A DNA stretch of 64,000 bases from Eledone cirrhosa. Its lineage: Eukaryota. The DNA is taken from the NCBI GenBank assembly GCA_964016885.1, contig OZ024742.1:311054001-311118000 (forward strand), written 5' to 3'. Position 1 is the stretch's first letter; each line of letters opens with the position of its first letter. Shown in pieces: positions 13,499 through 30,214 of this stretch. Made by a program: the position numbers and the translations under genes. The notes below the pieces were generated by a model. The model was given only the letters and a program-made list of their open reading frames with translations. It had not been told where the DNA came from and searched no databases.

Positions 13499-13500
<2 letters not shown>
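12990..13500. mobile_element. Head-to-head inverted PLE-type ends in (TA)n
   Basis: 12990-13091 is inverted at 13259-13358. Confidence 0.75.
13044..13101 (-). ncRNA. Minimal type I hammerhead ribozyme
   Basis: ATAC-CTGATGA-TATCACCGG..CCGGTCATT-GAAA-TGATCA-TA^GTAT; palindrome ATGATCAT. Confidence 0.85.
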
Positions 13501-13564
<64 letters not shown>

Positions 13565-13697
13565 AGTATATGTTGGTTGTATATGATTCCAGTTCCTCGG
13601 TGAAACAACAACCCAACCAGGAACTGGGCATATCAGAGTATTGACAAAGTTAAACACCTCAACAACATGTGTACTCGTCTCTACCACACTAATTCGG

Positions 13698-13752
13698 ACT
13701 GCCTGAAGAGGTCACAGCCAAAGATGGCTGTCACCAAAATATATATAGCAGT
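13698..13752 (+). ncRNA. Degenerate HHR (GAAA changed to AAAA), same family as 30297-30351
   Basis: ACTGC-CTGAAGA-GGTCACAGCC..GGCTGTCACC-AAAA-TATATA-TA-GCAGT. Confidence 0.65.
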
Positions 13753-13803
13753 AATAAACGAAGCCAAATTTTAAACATTTGACTTATTTATTTTATTTTA
13801 TTT

Positions 13804-13841
<38 letters not shown>

Positions 13842-13849
13842 TATATATA

Positions 13850-13911
<62 letters not shown>

Positions 13912-13921
13912 TATATATATT

Positions 13922-14235
<314 letters not shown>

Positions 14236-14589
14236 CATATATATATAGTTTTGCGAGGTTTTTTAACAGAAAGAATGAGTGGAACAACAACAACACCCAA
14301 ACAAACAACACTGACCTAAGAGAAGTATAAATAAATAAGTAAATTAAATTAAATAAAATAAGATAAATAAATACATACACAAGCACATAAACACACACTA
14401 GTCACCCAGCAGACACAACACTATACACACTAGTCACACATCACACACGCAAACGCATGCGCAAAGAAGACAAAATAAAATAAGATAAACAAACAAGCAA
14501 ACAAATAAATAAATATATAGACGGACTGAACAAAAAAAAAAAAATGGCGTAGACATACAACACAACAGGAGGAACAATGAATATAACAC

Positions 14590-14627
14590 CACTGACGATG
14601 TTGCAGATGTGCAACGAAAGATTTATG
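14590..14627 (+). ncRNA. Minimal HHR with weak stem I, in PLE-type island 14228-14843
   Basis: CA-CTGACGA-TGTTGCA-GATG-TGCAAC-GAAA-GATT-TA^TG; family relatives at 55821 and 56765. Confidence 0.65.
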
Positions 14628-14837
14628 TAAACTATATATATATGTGTTTGTCTATATTGTATCTGTATTATTTTATTTTTGACCGCCGGTCAGTCAATGG
14701 CAACATTGAGGACCGAGTAAGTTAGATCGCAGATATATATATATAAAAGACAGCGAGAAGCGAAAACCAACCAAACAGTGAGTGTGTTCTGTTATTAATT
14801 CTGGCAATATTACGCAAATATGACCCTCCCCAAATAT

Positions 14838-14920
<83 letters not shown>

Positions 14921-15969
14921 TATATATAGAAATATATATATATTTATATATATATATATATATATATATAAATTTATGTGTAATTGTTCTCCTCGCTCCA
15001 AATAACGACCTATTAATCTTAGCTTTTTTCCGTTCATTGCCAGGGAACGTCTTCGCGAACCAAAGTATCGTCTTCCTGTTTTCCTTCAGTTGCAACATTT
15101 TTCGAAATTTTACTTCTGCGTTCACAGATTGATTTTTTTTTTTAGTTTCAGAAGATCCCGTTAAGCAGCGATTCTTTGCTTAAACTTTAATCTGTTATTT
15201 TAATCAATGTTTGCTCTGTTGTTCTTATATATTTGATATATATTTATCCTTATCGAGCCCTCTTTGGATTTTAGTCTTCCCATTTATTATTATTACTATA
15301 TATATATATATATCTTTCTGTCTTCTGTCCTTATCTGTCCTTATCTTTCTCTCTCTCTCTCTCTCTTTCTCTCTTTCTTTCATTTTCGCTTTCTCTCATT
15401 ATCACTCTTTTTACTTCTTTCAATGTTTCTTCTTTATTTCATTCATCCCTAAACAAAACCAGAACACCTCGCATCTCATCGTTTAGTATGTGTACAATTA
15501 TATGACAGAATTATGAGGTCTCTATGTATAACTCAAAAGTTAATATTTCGAAAGCTATTGCTGTTATTTAAGAAAAACTGTGCTTAGAGCGCTTCTGTTT
15601 TTTGGTTTGTTTGTTTTTTGTTTTTTTTTTGTAGAAGTGTAGCGTAATTGCTATATATTAATGTTTTGTCTTTTGTCTCTTACCCCACTCGACAACGTTT
15701 AGCTTATGTCAGACGCTGTGACCCCGGATGGACCAACAGTACCGTTGGTAGGGGTAGAAACTATTCAAGTTTATCTCAACGGCCGATGACTATGGAGTTC
15801 TGTGTCCTTCGTTTGTATTTTTATTTTTAAAACGTAATTTTATTTTTATTTCCCCTTTAAAAATTGTTTTCGTTTTGTTTTCTTTCTGTTCGTTGTCTTG
15901 TCCTCTGTTAATTTACTTAAGTTTATCTACTTCTGTCTTGAGTAGTCATATCTAAGTTGTATTATTATT

Positions 15970-16510
15970 TGGCAGTATTGACTTTGCTTTTCATCCTTAC
16001 GGGGGTCGATAAAATAAAGTACCAGTAAAGCACTGGGTAATTGCTGACCTTGTGCCTAAAGTAGAAACAATTACTATTTGGCAGTAGCAGTAATGCACTG
16101 GGTAATTGCTGGCCTTGTGCCAAAAGTAGAAACAATTATTCTTTGGCAGTATTGGTAGAGTGTCGGACGCCATACTTTGCAGCATTGAGTTACGACGGCT
16201 CTTTACGGATTGAGTTCAAATCCCGCCAAGGTTAACTTTGCGTTTCATCCTTACGGGGTCGATAAAATAAAGTGCCAGTAATACACTGGGATAATTGCTG
16301 GCCTTGTACTAAAAGTAGAAACAATCATTCTATCTGAAGGATGGGGAAAGATAATATGTATTACAAAGTAAAGGCGGTCTATATGGCAGAGTTGTTAGAG
16401 CGTTAGATATTAGTTCCTTGTCTCTACGTTCTGAATTTAAATCCCACCGTGGTCCTTATTGCCTGTTATACTTTCTGGGTCGATAAAGAATGTATTCGAC
16501 AAGTACTGAT
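15970..16510 (+). mobile_element. Cluster of tandem family-A SINE units
   Basis: Repeated GGCAGTA..GGGGTCGATAAAATAAAGT..GTAGAAACAAT units. Confidence 0.85.
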
Positions 16511-16523
16511 ACAGCCCCCCTCC

Positions 16524-16560
<37 letters not shown>

Positions 16561-16721
16561 CACTAATGAAATATGATAAATCATGAACGACTAAATCATG
16601 ATGGTGCCCCAGCATGGCCGCAGTTAAATGACTAAAACCAGTAAAAGAATAGAATAATTTTTAAAAACTATCGAATCTAATAAATATTTCAAGATAACTT
16701 CCAGTTTTTATTCTTATTTTC

Positions 16722-16752
<31 letters not shown>

Positions 16753-17416
16753 CAGTTTGTTTTTTCTTTCTGTTTTTTTTTCTGACTGTTCACTGGTGAC
16801 TGATGAACAAGTAAAGGAAATGTCAATAAACGGTGAAATGTTGTTAGCTGTGTTTTCAAGGAAAATATCAAGACGAGAAGGTTACATCATTGAGTCAATC
16901 TTTTTGGGGATGATATTTTGGTAAATAGTCTGTGGATGGGGATTTTACTGTTGACATAAATTTAGCAGCACCGACTGAGCTGAATACAACTTTATGATGA
17001 ACGAAAGATAAAGATATCATCGGTTACCAGTCAGATATTATCATTTATTTTCTGTTGCTTTCAGTAGTCAGTGCAAGTTTTACTATAGGTCGAACGAAAT
17101 ATTGTTGGAAAATAAATGTGTAAAGCTTTGAAGTCACTGATATCAGTGTTTGCAAAACGAAGGCATTATAGAAGAGTCTGAAAAGTTGAGCCACAACATT
17201 TCTTAGCTTATCTTTTGTAGACTGTGAGTAAAGTCGTCTAAACGATCATTCAGGACCCGGTCATACGGGTCAACTGAGACAGCTGAATTACAACGAGCTA
17301 TAATGAAAACTAGCGAAGAATATTAACAGACAAAAATTAAACTTTTCAAAATTATGTGTGTGGGGGGGCGTGTATGTGTGTGTGCGTGTGTGTGTGTGCG
17401 CGCGTGTATGTGTGTA

Positions 17417-17481
<65 letters not shown>

Positions 17482-17485
<4 letters not shown>

Positions 17486-18080
17486 TGGCTGCCAACTCGT
17501 TTTCGAGCACGGCTACTACTTTATATCCATGTAGGAGAACCCCTACCGATGCGCTAAACGAGTGTGACTTTTTAGTCCAGCCAGCGACTTGAAAACTCTG
17601 GTACAAACACTACACTTGTGACAATTATTGACACATAGTGCTAGGCCCATGGTACCATGTGACGACAAGTGCAGAGAGATCTCCAGATATAAAGCAATGC
17701 CTGTGCCGTGAAGCTTTTATAGTGAGCAAAGGCACTGCACAAAGCCAGTCCCACTCTCTTAACCAAGATGATATTTACCAAAAAGAAGAACAAGTCAACA
17801 TCATTGGATACCATCAGGGTTGCAGGTGTTATATCAGAGTTTTACTTCTCCTAGAATTCTGCCTTGACAAAGGCTAAGGGGTCATCTCTCCCGGTGATTT
17901 TGGATGGCCATTGACTCTTAAGAGCTCCTTTGCCCTTTGACAGGTTTTGTTTTTAGTCCTGCAGGATGTCCAAAGTCACCCTCCTCACCAAGAAACCTTG
18001 GTGGGGTTGCCAGTTTAGTCGCCAACGACCCGACCATGGGACAGGTTGTACTGGGATACATGTTACCAGTAGCACCAACT
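17482..18080 (-). mobile_element. About 600 bp non-coding retroelement, probably a non-autonomous RTE derivative
   Basis: Near-identical to 32320-32929; AAACTGGCAACCCCACC and CTAGGAGAAG(G/T)AAACTCTGAT resemble RTE 5' UTR motifs; microsatellite tail. Confidence 0.6.
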
Positions 18081-18151
18081 GTGAGTATATAATTATGAAA
18101 TTATAAATGTGAGGAAATAATAGACAAAAATATACCTATTTTTTCTTCAAA

Positions 18152-18241
18152 GTCCCGACTGTAGTTTCGCCAACTGCATTGCAGCAGTCATACAATAGAA
18201 AGGTACACTGTCGCTGTGAGGCTGAAGGCTTATCAAGAGAC
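18152..18241 (-). ncRNA. Type I HHR, U3-A8 variant, with a long stem II insert
   Basis: GTCTC-TTGATAA-GCC..(about 55 nt)..GGC-GAAA-CTACAG-TC^GGGAC. Confidence 0.75.
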
Positions 18242-18717
18242 CCTTCAATTTAGTGGACTATTTCTTGAACCAACCGTTACAAATGCATAATTCTCGGGAG
18301 GGAGAAAGTATCACGTGATACAGCGGTCACAGAAAGGAGACAAAAGCTAGACGTTCAGTGAGTACCATATTTGCTAGAAAAAGCAGTCAGAACCCACCTG
18401 TTTAACTCTAACATAAGGGAGTTGGGACAAAATAGCAATGAGATACACATACAGATACATAAATATATGTGTGTGTGTAGTGTCCCACCTTGACCAGTTT
18501 TGCTCAATGGCCAAAAGAATTAAAATAATCATTTAATCAGAGCTATTTATCAAATTATAAATGCAAGGAAATAATAGACAAAAATATACGTATTTTTTCT
18601 TCATGCAGTTTTACAACCGCAAGTTTGTCTCATTGAGTGAGTGGGTCATGGCCGGAAATCACTGAAATAACTTCGGTGACTTTCAGAATGTGTATATATA
18701 TATATATATTTATATAT

Positions 18718-18788
<71 letters not shown>

Positions 18789-18851
18789 TATATTTATATA
18801 CAAATATATATATACATATATATATACATATATATATACATATATTTATAT

Positions 18852-18891
<40 letters not shown>

Positions 18892-18905
18892 AAAAAACGA
18901 TATAT

Positions 18906-21908
<3,003 letters not shown>

Positions 21909-22325
21909 GCGGTAAAAGCAAAAAGAATAGGTAAATATTTAAATTATATTTTTTTTATTTATTTTGAAAAATTGTTTGAATTTTACTTGTTCCGATTATT
22001 TCAATTTTATAGTTCTGGTATGTCAAATTAATATCATAGAACAACTGTACCATAGACACCCTATATATTTCCAAGGGTACTTAGTACCTGTGATAATATT
22101 GATCTCCTTTTTATATATTCTTCTATGTGTAGAGAAAAAGTCTGTTGTTTTACCTAGCTGCTATTTTTAGTGGCGTGATAGACAACACGCCTATGTTTAC
22201 TTCCGCTTCTACTACGGGCTAGTTCATGTGTAGGTCAACTTTACGGCCTCATTCGATTCTGCACTAGCTAGCTGAAGGCAATATATTTTGCAGTTCGTGG
22301 GACTTTACGTCCTATGTAAAGGAAA

Positions 22326-22407
22326 TGCTTTCTGAAGAGCCAAACATTTCCATTGGAAGTCCCTCGGATTTCCAATCTTTTGTGAGGTGAAACCGTCGGT
22401 AAAAGCA
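22326..22407 (+). ncRNA. Type I hammerhead ribozyme in terminally redundant unit 21910-22495
   Basis: TGCTTT-CTGAAGA-GCC..hairpin ATTGGAAGTCC/GGATTTCCAAT..GGT-GAAA-CCGTCGG-TA^AAAGCA. Confidence 0.85.
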
Positions 22408-22639
22408 AAGAGAATAGGTAAATATTTAAATTATATTTTTTTAATTTATTTTGAAAAATTGTTTGAATTTTACTTGGTCCGCTTATCTCAATTATATATA
22501 TATATATATATATATGAGAAAAATGGAGCGATGCGTGGTTGCACATGGGTTACATATGAATAAAATTAGTCCTTCATTAGTGATCTTCCAACTTTCATTG
22601 ATATTTCATCGCTTTATATATATATATATATATATATAT

Positions 22640-22837
22640 AACGGAGGAAATGTGGTAAGGAACCAGGTGGGCCATAACGCACCAAAGTACTCAATACTTA
22701 GGGTAATAGAGTGGGTAATAGGAACGAGTAGGACCCCGACGGCTGAGCTCAAGCCGTTCCGACGGCTAATTCTGGACCATAAGTCCAGAATTAGCCGTCG
22801 AAACGGCTTGAGCTCAGCCGTCGGGGTCCTACTCGTT

Positions 22838-22841
<4 letters not shown>
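22640..22841. mobile_element. Fold-back of the 3' end of the 10159 family (HHR 3' half only)
   Basis: Hairpin 22718-22842; GAAACGGCT-TGAGCTC-AGCCGTC^GGGGTC. Confidence 0.75.
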
Positions 22842-22918
<77 letters not shown>

Positions 22919-23319
22919 TAAATATGATATTGTGCCCTGGTATCTTTTAAAATAGATGTGGGAAATCAATCAACCTAGTGGCCTCTTGACGTCAGTAATT
23001 ACAGCGTTCCGGTCTATATTCACTTGAATGTGTGTGTGTGCGTGTGTGTGTGGGAGAGAGAGAGAGAGAATATGGAAGAAACACAAATGGAGGAAGAGGC
23101 GACTGAGAAAAGTGAACACGTGCAGAGAGGTATATATACAAATATATCTATATCTGTCTGTCTCGCTGTCTGTATGTATGTGTATGTGTGTGTATGTGTG
23201 TGAGCATGTGTGTGTGTGGTGGGGTGTGGGGGGGGGGGTCTGTTTGTGGGGGGGGGGGGCGTGTGTTTATAGACGAATTTATTGTAATTAAACGCGTGTA
23301 TATTAAAAGGTTGCTTAGT

Positions 23320-24420
23320 TCTTTGAGGTCATTTGCATAAATTTAGTAATAAATCATGAAAGGAGAGTTTGTTTGGGAAAAATCGACATGAATAATTTTG
23401 AAGCACTTTTTGATGCATCTCCTCAATATTCCCGACGTTAGTATCGATGACAGTTTGAATACGATGTCTGAAATGTTGACATTCTTGGAGCAAATGATCT
23501 TTATCTATTTTGGACATTGTGTTAGTTATGGCGGACTTCGGAGATTTTATAGAGTTATAGAGAGCGTTCATTGCCTTCCCTCTCGACTATGACCTATACG
23601 TAGTTGTCCAAAGGATCCAAGTTTGATGAGCTAGAAGGTGTTTGGAGTAACATGACAGTATAGAGTTTAACTCTTGTAGATTGTAACATTCTTGGGTCAT
23701 TTTGGTCTTATGAGACGGCGCAGAATCTTGTTGGAAAGTGTACGGTCTTCCGTTGCACATGCTCTCTATCCAAGGCCTCACAACCCTTTCCAACACCTTA
23801 TAGGCAGCAGTATTGAACATTAAGCCCTCAGGAAAGAAGTCGTTGCTTACAACTCCCAGTACCATCACAGTTGCCGGAAACTTTGTGTGCATGACATTTT
23901 GAACGTCTTTGGGATCTCTGCTTAACCGTCTGTCATTCCTTCGGTTGATTTTTTGCTCCTGCTGAAAATTTTTATCAAAAAATTCCAAATTCTTCATGTT
24001 TCAACTTGCTCAACAATCGCTTTGTGGGATCAAACTTTTATCCCTTGTCTTTGCAGACTTGAATTGGCCTCTCTGCATCATATATGAATTGTATCGAAAG
24101 TCCTCATGCACAATTCTCCGATTCTATGCCTTGAAACCTTAGCCGTGGCCCTTATTGACTTTCTGGGGTTTTTATCGATAATTCTCTTCTCTTTTCGTAT
24201 AAATGTGTGTTCTGGTGGTATTAGGACCCTTAGAAGGTGTTTTACGTTTGGTTACTGCTCTATAATCTCCGTCAGCGGCCTCCAAGCAACCATGCAACTT
24301 TAAGGAAACAAGCAATCTTTAAATCACTATGCTCTGCTTTTAAGGCAACGATTACAGCGTGCTTTTTCATTTGCTGGCTTAGTTTGATGTCTGCCATCAT
24401 TTATCTAGAAGGAAATTATA
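23320..24420 (-). mobile_element. Decayed Tc1/mariner (DD-D type) transposase
   Basis: KFPATVMVLGVVS, YTFQQDSAPSH and CQHFRHRIQTVIDTNVGNIE in broken frames. Confidence 0.85.
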
Positions 24421-24544
24421 TCATCGATTCCAGAGTTGGGTGCGATCGATACCGATCGTTCATTGAGCTAATCAATCGCGAAACGCGCGTCACACATGAA
24501 TAAACATAATGATTCTATATTGATACCTCATTCCCACTCATTGT

Positions 24545-25110
24545 GGATTGGCAGTATCGGTAGAGGGTCGGACGCCATACTTTCCAGCATAGTTACGTCC
24601 CTTTACGATCTGAGTTCAAATCCCGCCGAGGTTGACTTTGCCTTTCATCCTTACGGGGTCGATAAAATAAAGTACCAGTAATGAACTGGGTAATTACTGG
24701 CCTTGTGCCTAAAGTAGAAACAATTATATATATATGTGGATTGGCAGTATCGGTAGAGGGTCGGATGCCATGCTTTGACGTATAGAGTTACGGCCCTTGC
24801 CATTCTGAGTTCAAATCCCGCCGAGGTTAACTTTGCCTTTCATCCTTACGGGGTCGATAAAATAAAGTACCAGTAATGCACTGGGTAATTGCTTGCCTTG
24901 TACCAAAAGTAGAAACAATTATGTATATATGTGTGTGTGTGTGTACACACACACGACCCAATGCGTGACTGGTTCTCTATTCTATCGATCCTGTAAGGAT
25001 GAAAGGCAAAGTTAACCTCGGCGGGATTTGAACTCAGATCATAAAGGGCCGTAACTCTATGCTGCAAAGCATGGAGTCCGACCCTCTACCGATACTGCAA
25101 ATCCACCGCC
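24545..25110. mobile_element. Two tandem family-A SINEs (+) followed by an inverted copy (-)
   Basis: Units at 24545-24725, 24737-24920 and 24975-25110. Confidence 0.85.
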
Positions 25111-25789
25111 TTAATAATATTAATGGTTTCTAACATAGGACCAAAGCGAGATTTTTTTCTGTTTTTTTTTTCTTTGTTTTTTTTATGGGGAGGAGAGAAA
25201 TTGATTAAATCTACTCCAGTATTTTACTGCTAGTTTATTTTATCGTCCACGGTGGGATTTGATAAGCGACATGATAGTAAAACAAAAATTGTAATTTTTT
25301 CTCTTTTTTTATTTTGTAGTTTGTAAATATATTTGGTGGATTAATTTTTTTTTCTTTTCTAACGTAATTTCAAGGAGTTATAATTATTTGTCAGTATAGG
25401 TTAGTGGTTTTTAAAGTGGAGTGTACTCCTTGCCTTATCTCCCACCACCACCACCTCTACCATTGATCAAACATCAAGTTATGGTAGTGGGTGCGGTTGA
25501 TTGGTTGATGAGGAAAATGTTGATTTGAACTAAATTTTTGCTGAGTAACTAAAGTTTCATGAGACAACAATAAAAAAACAAAGCAAGGTTTATCTATGTG
25601 ACGTCATATGACTGATTTCCTTCCCACAAATACCCCGCCCTTTTTTTTTTTTACTTTTTCTGGTCGCTTTAAAAGGTTTAGTGAAGTCAGAGAAAGTATT
25701 TAAATCTTTCTTTCTGCGAAAGTGTGTCGCTAAAACTATAAGAACCAATGGACTTAAGTGGTTTTTCTTTTGTTACTGATGATAACGAT

Positions 25790-26003
25790 TTCTAGTATAG
25801 GCACAAGGCCAGTAATTTGGGGGGAGGGGAAAGTCGATTAAATCCACCCCAGTACGTTCCTGGTATTTTATTTTATCGACCCTCGTAAGGATGAAAGGCA
25901 AAGTTAACCTCGGCGGGATTTGAACTCAGACCGTAAAGGGGCGTAACTCTATAGTGCATAGCGTGATGTCTGACCCTCTAGCGATATTGCCAATCCACCG
26001 CCC
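25790..26003 (-). mobile_element. Family-A SINE
   Basis: Same A/B boxes and body. Confidence 0.8.
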
Positions 26004-26709
26004 TTTTGCTACTGATGATAATAAAACATGTTGTATGTTTCGCTACAGGAATATGCTTCATGTTTTGATGATGATGATATTAGAATACGCTATCTGTTTT
26101 TCTATATTTGCTGAAAAATACAGTATAAGCAGGGGAACTCGAACTCAAGGACTCAAAAGGGCCAATACGTCCTGGAGAAGGGATACAGCGGGGCAAAAGT
26201 GAGATGAAGGAGCGGGGTGATTTCGGCCAGTTATAATGCTGATCACCAATACAGTTGATAGGCAGCTATTTTTTTTTTTAACCAAAATGTGAATTAGTAC
26301 AAAATATAGGCGGAGAAATTTTCCATTTCTAGTCTTCCTTTGTTGTGCAGCGAGCCATAGGAACGTAGTTTGCGGGCCGCGTGTTTGAGACCCCTGGTAT
26401 AGGCTTCACAAGTGATGGTACTAAAATACTTTATAAGTTTTTCTATTGATGATTTTAAAATATGTTATATTTTATACTGGCTTGACTCACGCCAGTTTAG
26501 CACTCAGGGTCAACAGAACGCGCAAGCCACTCCACCACACCTCGGTGGTGGTGGTAGTTGTGGTGATGGCAGCGATACTAATAACAGTAGTATCTTCTGT
26601 GTGTCGTGCGAGTATGTAAGCATTCGAATGATGATCATGTATTTGACTGTCTTTCATGGTCACTCCAATAACAACTATTACTGAACGAGAAGCAGATGTT
26701 TTAAGTTCC

Positions 26710-26910
<201 letters not shown>

Positions 26911-27235
26911 TATGTATGTATACGTACATACATATATGTATACAGACGTACAGTAGCATGCATATATATACATATATATATATATATACATACATATATA
27001 TATATATACGTCTGTATACATATATGTATGTACGTATACATACATACTTACATTTAAGTAAGTGCCGTACTAAGAGTGAGAAATGAAATTTCGTTTTCAT
27101 TTTATTACAACTTATCGTTTTCGGTGCGCCTGGCCGAACTGAACTCACTCGATATGCAAATTAGGCTGCTCAGCCGTTAATTTTCATAAGGAAAGTATAT
27201 ACTTTCGAACGTTCAACCATCTGGCAGAAGGGTAT

Positions 27236-27278
27236 ACGGTGCTGATGATAGCTAAGAAGCTTGAAACTAGTACATCGT
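27236..27278 (+). ncRNA. Minimal type I hammerhead ribozyme in a 484-nt terminally redundant unit (about 27010-27598)
   Basis: ACGGTG-CTGATGA-TAGCT-AAGA-AGCTT-GAAA-CTAG-TA^CATCGT; palindrome ACTAGT. Confidence 0.9.
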
Positions 27279-27626
27279 TCCTGTGTCAGTGTTGAACAAA
27301 AAGGTGACGTGGTTGCCTTAACACCGTACGGCATAAATTCAGGCTGTCAGTTTGTTTACAAACGGACAAAGCGGGCGTTATAATAAACGTCCGCTAAACT
27401 GATACGTACATATATGTATGTGTACCTGTATGTATATATATATATATGTATGTATATATATATATATATGTATATATATGCATGCTACTGTACGTCTGTA
27501 TACATATATGTATGTACGTATACATACATACTTACATTTAAGTAAGTGCCGTACTAAGAGTGAGAAATGAAATTTCGTTTTCATTTTATTACAACTTATA
27601 TATATATACATATACATATATATATA

Positions 27627-27986
27627 TAGATGAGATTCTACAGGACCAGAACTGTTTCATTCTGGTTATAAGGGGCACAGAGAGTGCTAAAATGTACGTT
27701 ATTCCGGGTTGAATCGGAGGTAACCACAGTAAGTAAGGTACTCAATACATAGCAGAGTATAAAAGTTTTAATATAGATGAGATTCTACAGGACCAGAACT
27801 GTTTCATTCTGTTTCCTCCGATTCAACCCGGAATAACGTACATTTTAGCACTCTCTGTGCCCCTTATAACCAGAATGAAACAGTTCTGGTCCTGTAGAAT
27901 CTCATCTATATTAAAACTTTTATACTCTGCTATGTATTGAGTACCTTACTTACTGTGGTTACCTCCGATTCAACCCGGAATAACGT
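27627..27986. repeat. 147-nt unit present as more than one copy in both orientations with permuted ends
   Basis: GATGAGATTC at 27629 and 27776; CCTCCGATTC at 27815 and 27962; inversion junction near 27812. Confidence 0.85.
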
Positions 27987-28199
27987 ATATATATATATAT
28001 ATTCTCTGTCCACACCGCTCTCACCCGCGCCCGTGCTGTCCACCGCTCCACCACCCTCACCCTACTCCACCGCACACCCACCCACCGTCTCCCCTTCACC
28101 ATCACGTACCACCCCTCCACCTTACCCCTCCACCGCACCATCCGCCGCCTCTTCCGACGCCTCCAGTCCGACCCCTCCACCTCCCACATCTTCCAAACA

Positions 28200-28683
28200 C
28201 GCACGCAATCTCCGCACCCTCCTCGTCCACAGCTCCCTACCTCCAACCCACGCCCCCCCCCCCCCCGGTTCCTTTCCCTGTTCTAGGCCCCGCTGCAACA
28301 CCTGTCCCCACATCACCAACACCACCACCTTCCAGGGTCCCAACGGTCACTCTCTCTCTGTCCGGCATGCCTTCCGCTGCACCTCCTCCAACCTAGTCTA
28401 CGGAATCCGCTGCACAGAGTGTAGCGCGACTTACGTCGGACAGACGGGACGTCGCCTGGCGGACAGATTCACTGAGCACCTCCGGGATATTCGTCTCGGT
28501 GGTAGTTCCCCCATCGCCCGCCACTTTGGTGCCCCTGGACATTCCGCACGCCATCTCACAGTCTGTGGCCTACTCCAATGCCACGGAACACCCGCCAATC
28601 TCCTCAGAGTTGAACAAAGAACCATCTTCATCTTACAGACCCACACTCTCCCCGGCCTGAACTCCCCACCCTTATTCCTTTAG
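28200..28683 (+). pseudogene. PLE GIY-YIG endonuclease domain (open frame, lacks RT)
   Basis: PCSRPRCNTCPH..FRCTSSNLVYGIRCTECSATYVGQTGRRLADRFTEH..ARHF..H..EQRTI..L.T..PGLN. Confidence 0.9.
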
Positions 28684-30095
28684 CCTTCGACCGCCCCCCT
28701 CCCCCCACACATATCCCCAACTAACACACCCCTCCTTTTCACCGCCCACCCCACAACTAACAATACTAACACCTCCACTCCACCCCTCATCCGACCACCC
28801 TTCCCCAACTAACATACTAACATCCCTCCCTTCTTCTCCTCCCCCCTCCTTATCACACGCACGCACCCACCGGCACATATATACACGCGCTCACACTAAA
28901 CACACACCCTACTACCACCACTAACCCTCACCCCCACACATCCACCCCACCACCCCGCAACTAACATCACTAACATCCCCTAACCCCAAGCACACGAACA
29001 CACGCACCCACTTACACCACCCACCCTACACGCAACTAACATCACTAATACCCCCCAACCCCACGCACACGTACACACACACCCTCTTACACCACCAACT
29101 CTACACACCCTACCACCACTGACCCCCACTCACACCCGCATTCAACCCTTTCTCCACCTCCTGTATACTAACACCCCCTTCATCAAACTACACACACACC
29201 AGTACACCACACTCCCTCCATCCACCCCCACACCCTTCTCTCCCCGCTCCACCCACACCCTTTCTCAAACACTCACTCATCCCACTAACACCTCTACTAA
29301 TACACACACACCCCCTCCTCACTCCAACTTTCACACCTACCCATCCCCGCCCCTTTACCATTCCACCCTACTGCTGCTATGCCCTCTGACCACCTCCCAG
29401 CACACACAGACACACAGCACTCCTACTGCCTTGACAACTTCCTGTTGCGCGCGCACCCCACATCTCCCCTCTTCCGACCAATCTCTTCACGGATTACTCG
29501 TATGTGGACCTTGACCGCGGAATCAACTACCATCCTAGGATTTTACTAACCATTCCACCACATCTTCTTACGGAATCACCTTTATGACTCACCCACACAC
29601 ACACCCAAAAAAAAAATGTTTTCCCACACGCCACCTACACCCACAACACGCTTAAACACCACACACACATGCGTTCCACCACATATTTACACATTCAGCC
29701 TCCGGATTCCTCTTCCCCCCACCCCTCTATCCACACATGCACACACACTCCGACCTACACCCCACCCACACACACCTCTTCCTGAACATGCAACCCCGTT
29801 CTTCCCCCAACCCTTGCTTTCATATACACGTACACACACACACACGTACACTTACACACACACACCACCTTCAGCCCTCCCCGCTCGGACACCCCGTCTC
29901 CCTCTCCCCACTCCACTCGCCACCACCCCTACACGCCCACACCCTTCCACCAACTGTTTTACCCCATTTTAATTTTATTTTGATCATGCTTTTATTTTTA
30001 ATTTCATTTGCACCGTTTCCTCCCACCCCTTGTTGCTATATGTCTCTCCACCACTCCCCTACACACCCTTTGAACTCTCTTCCCACACACTTTTC

Positions 30096-30127
30096 ACCTG
30101 AAGAAGGGATTATGCCCGAAACGTCGT
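30096..30127 (+). ncRNA. Minimal PLE-type HHR
   Basis: AC-CTGAAGA-AGGG-ATTATG-CCC-GAAA-CG-TC^GT; palindrome ACGT; stem I is short. Confidence 0.8.
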
Positions 30128-30214
30128 TCCCCACCACCACCCCACTCTCAAGAGCGTGAAATTAATAAACATTCGTTGTACTGCCTCTCTGTTTTGTTCC
30201 TGTTCAAATTTTCC

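Noticed and set aside
15680-15760. TACCCC/GGGGTA-closed HHR-like fold
   Set aside because: Both core segments are too degenerate.
24545-24640. tRNA genes
   Set aside because: The A/B boxes are SINE heads fused to a repeated body, with no complete cloverleaf.
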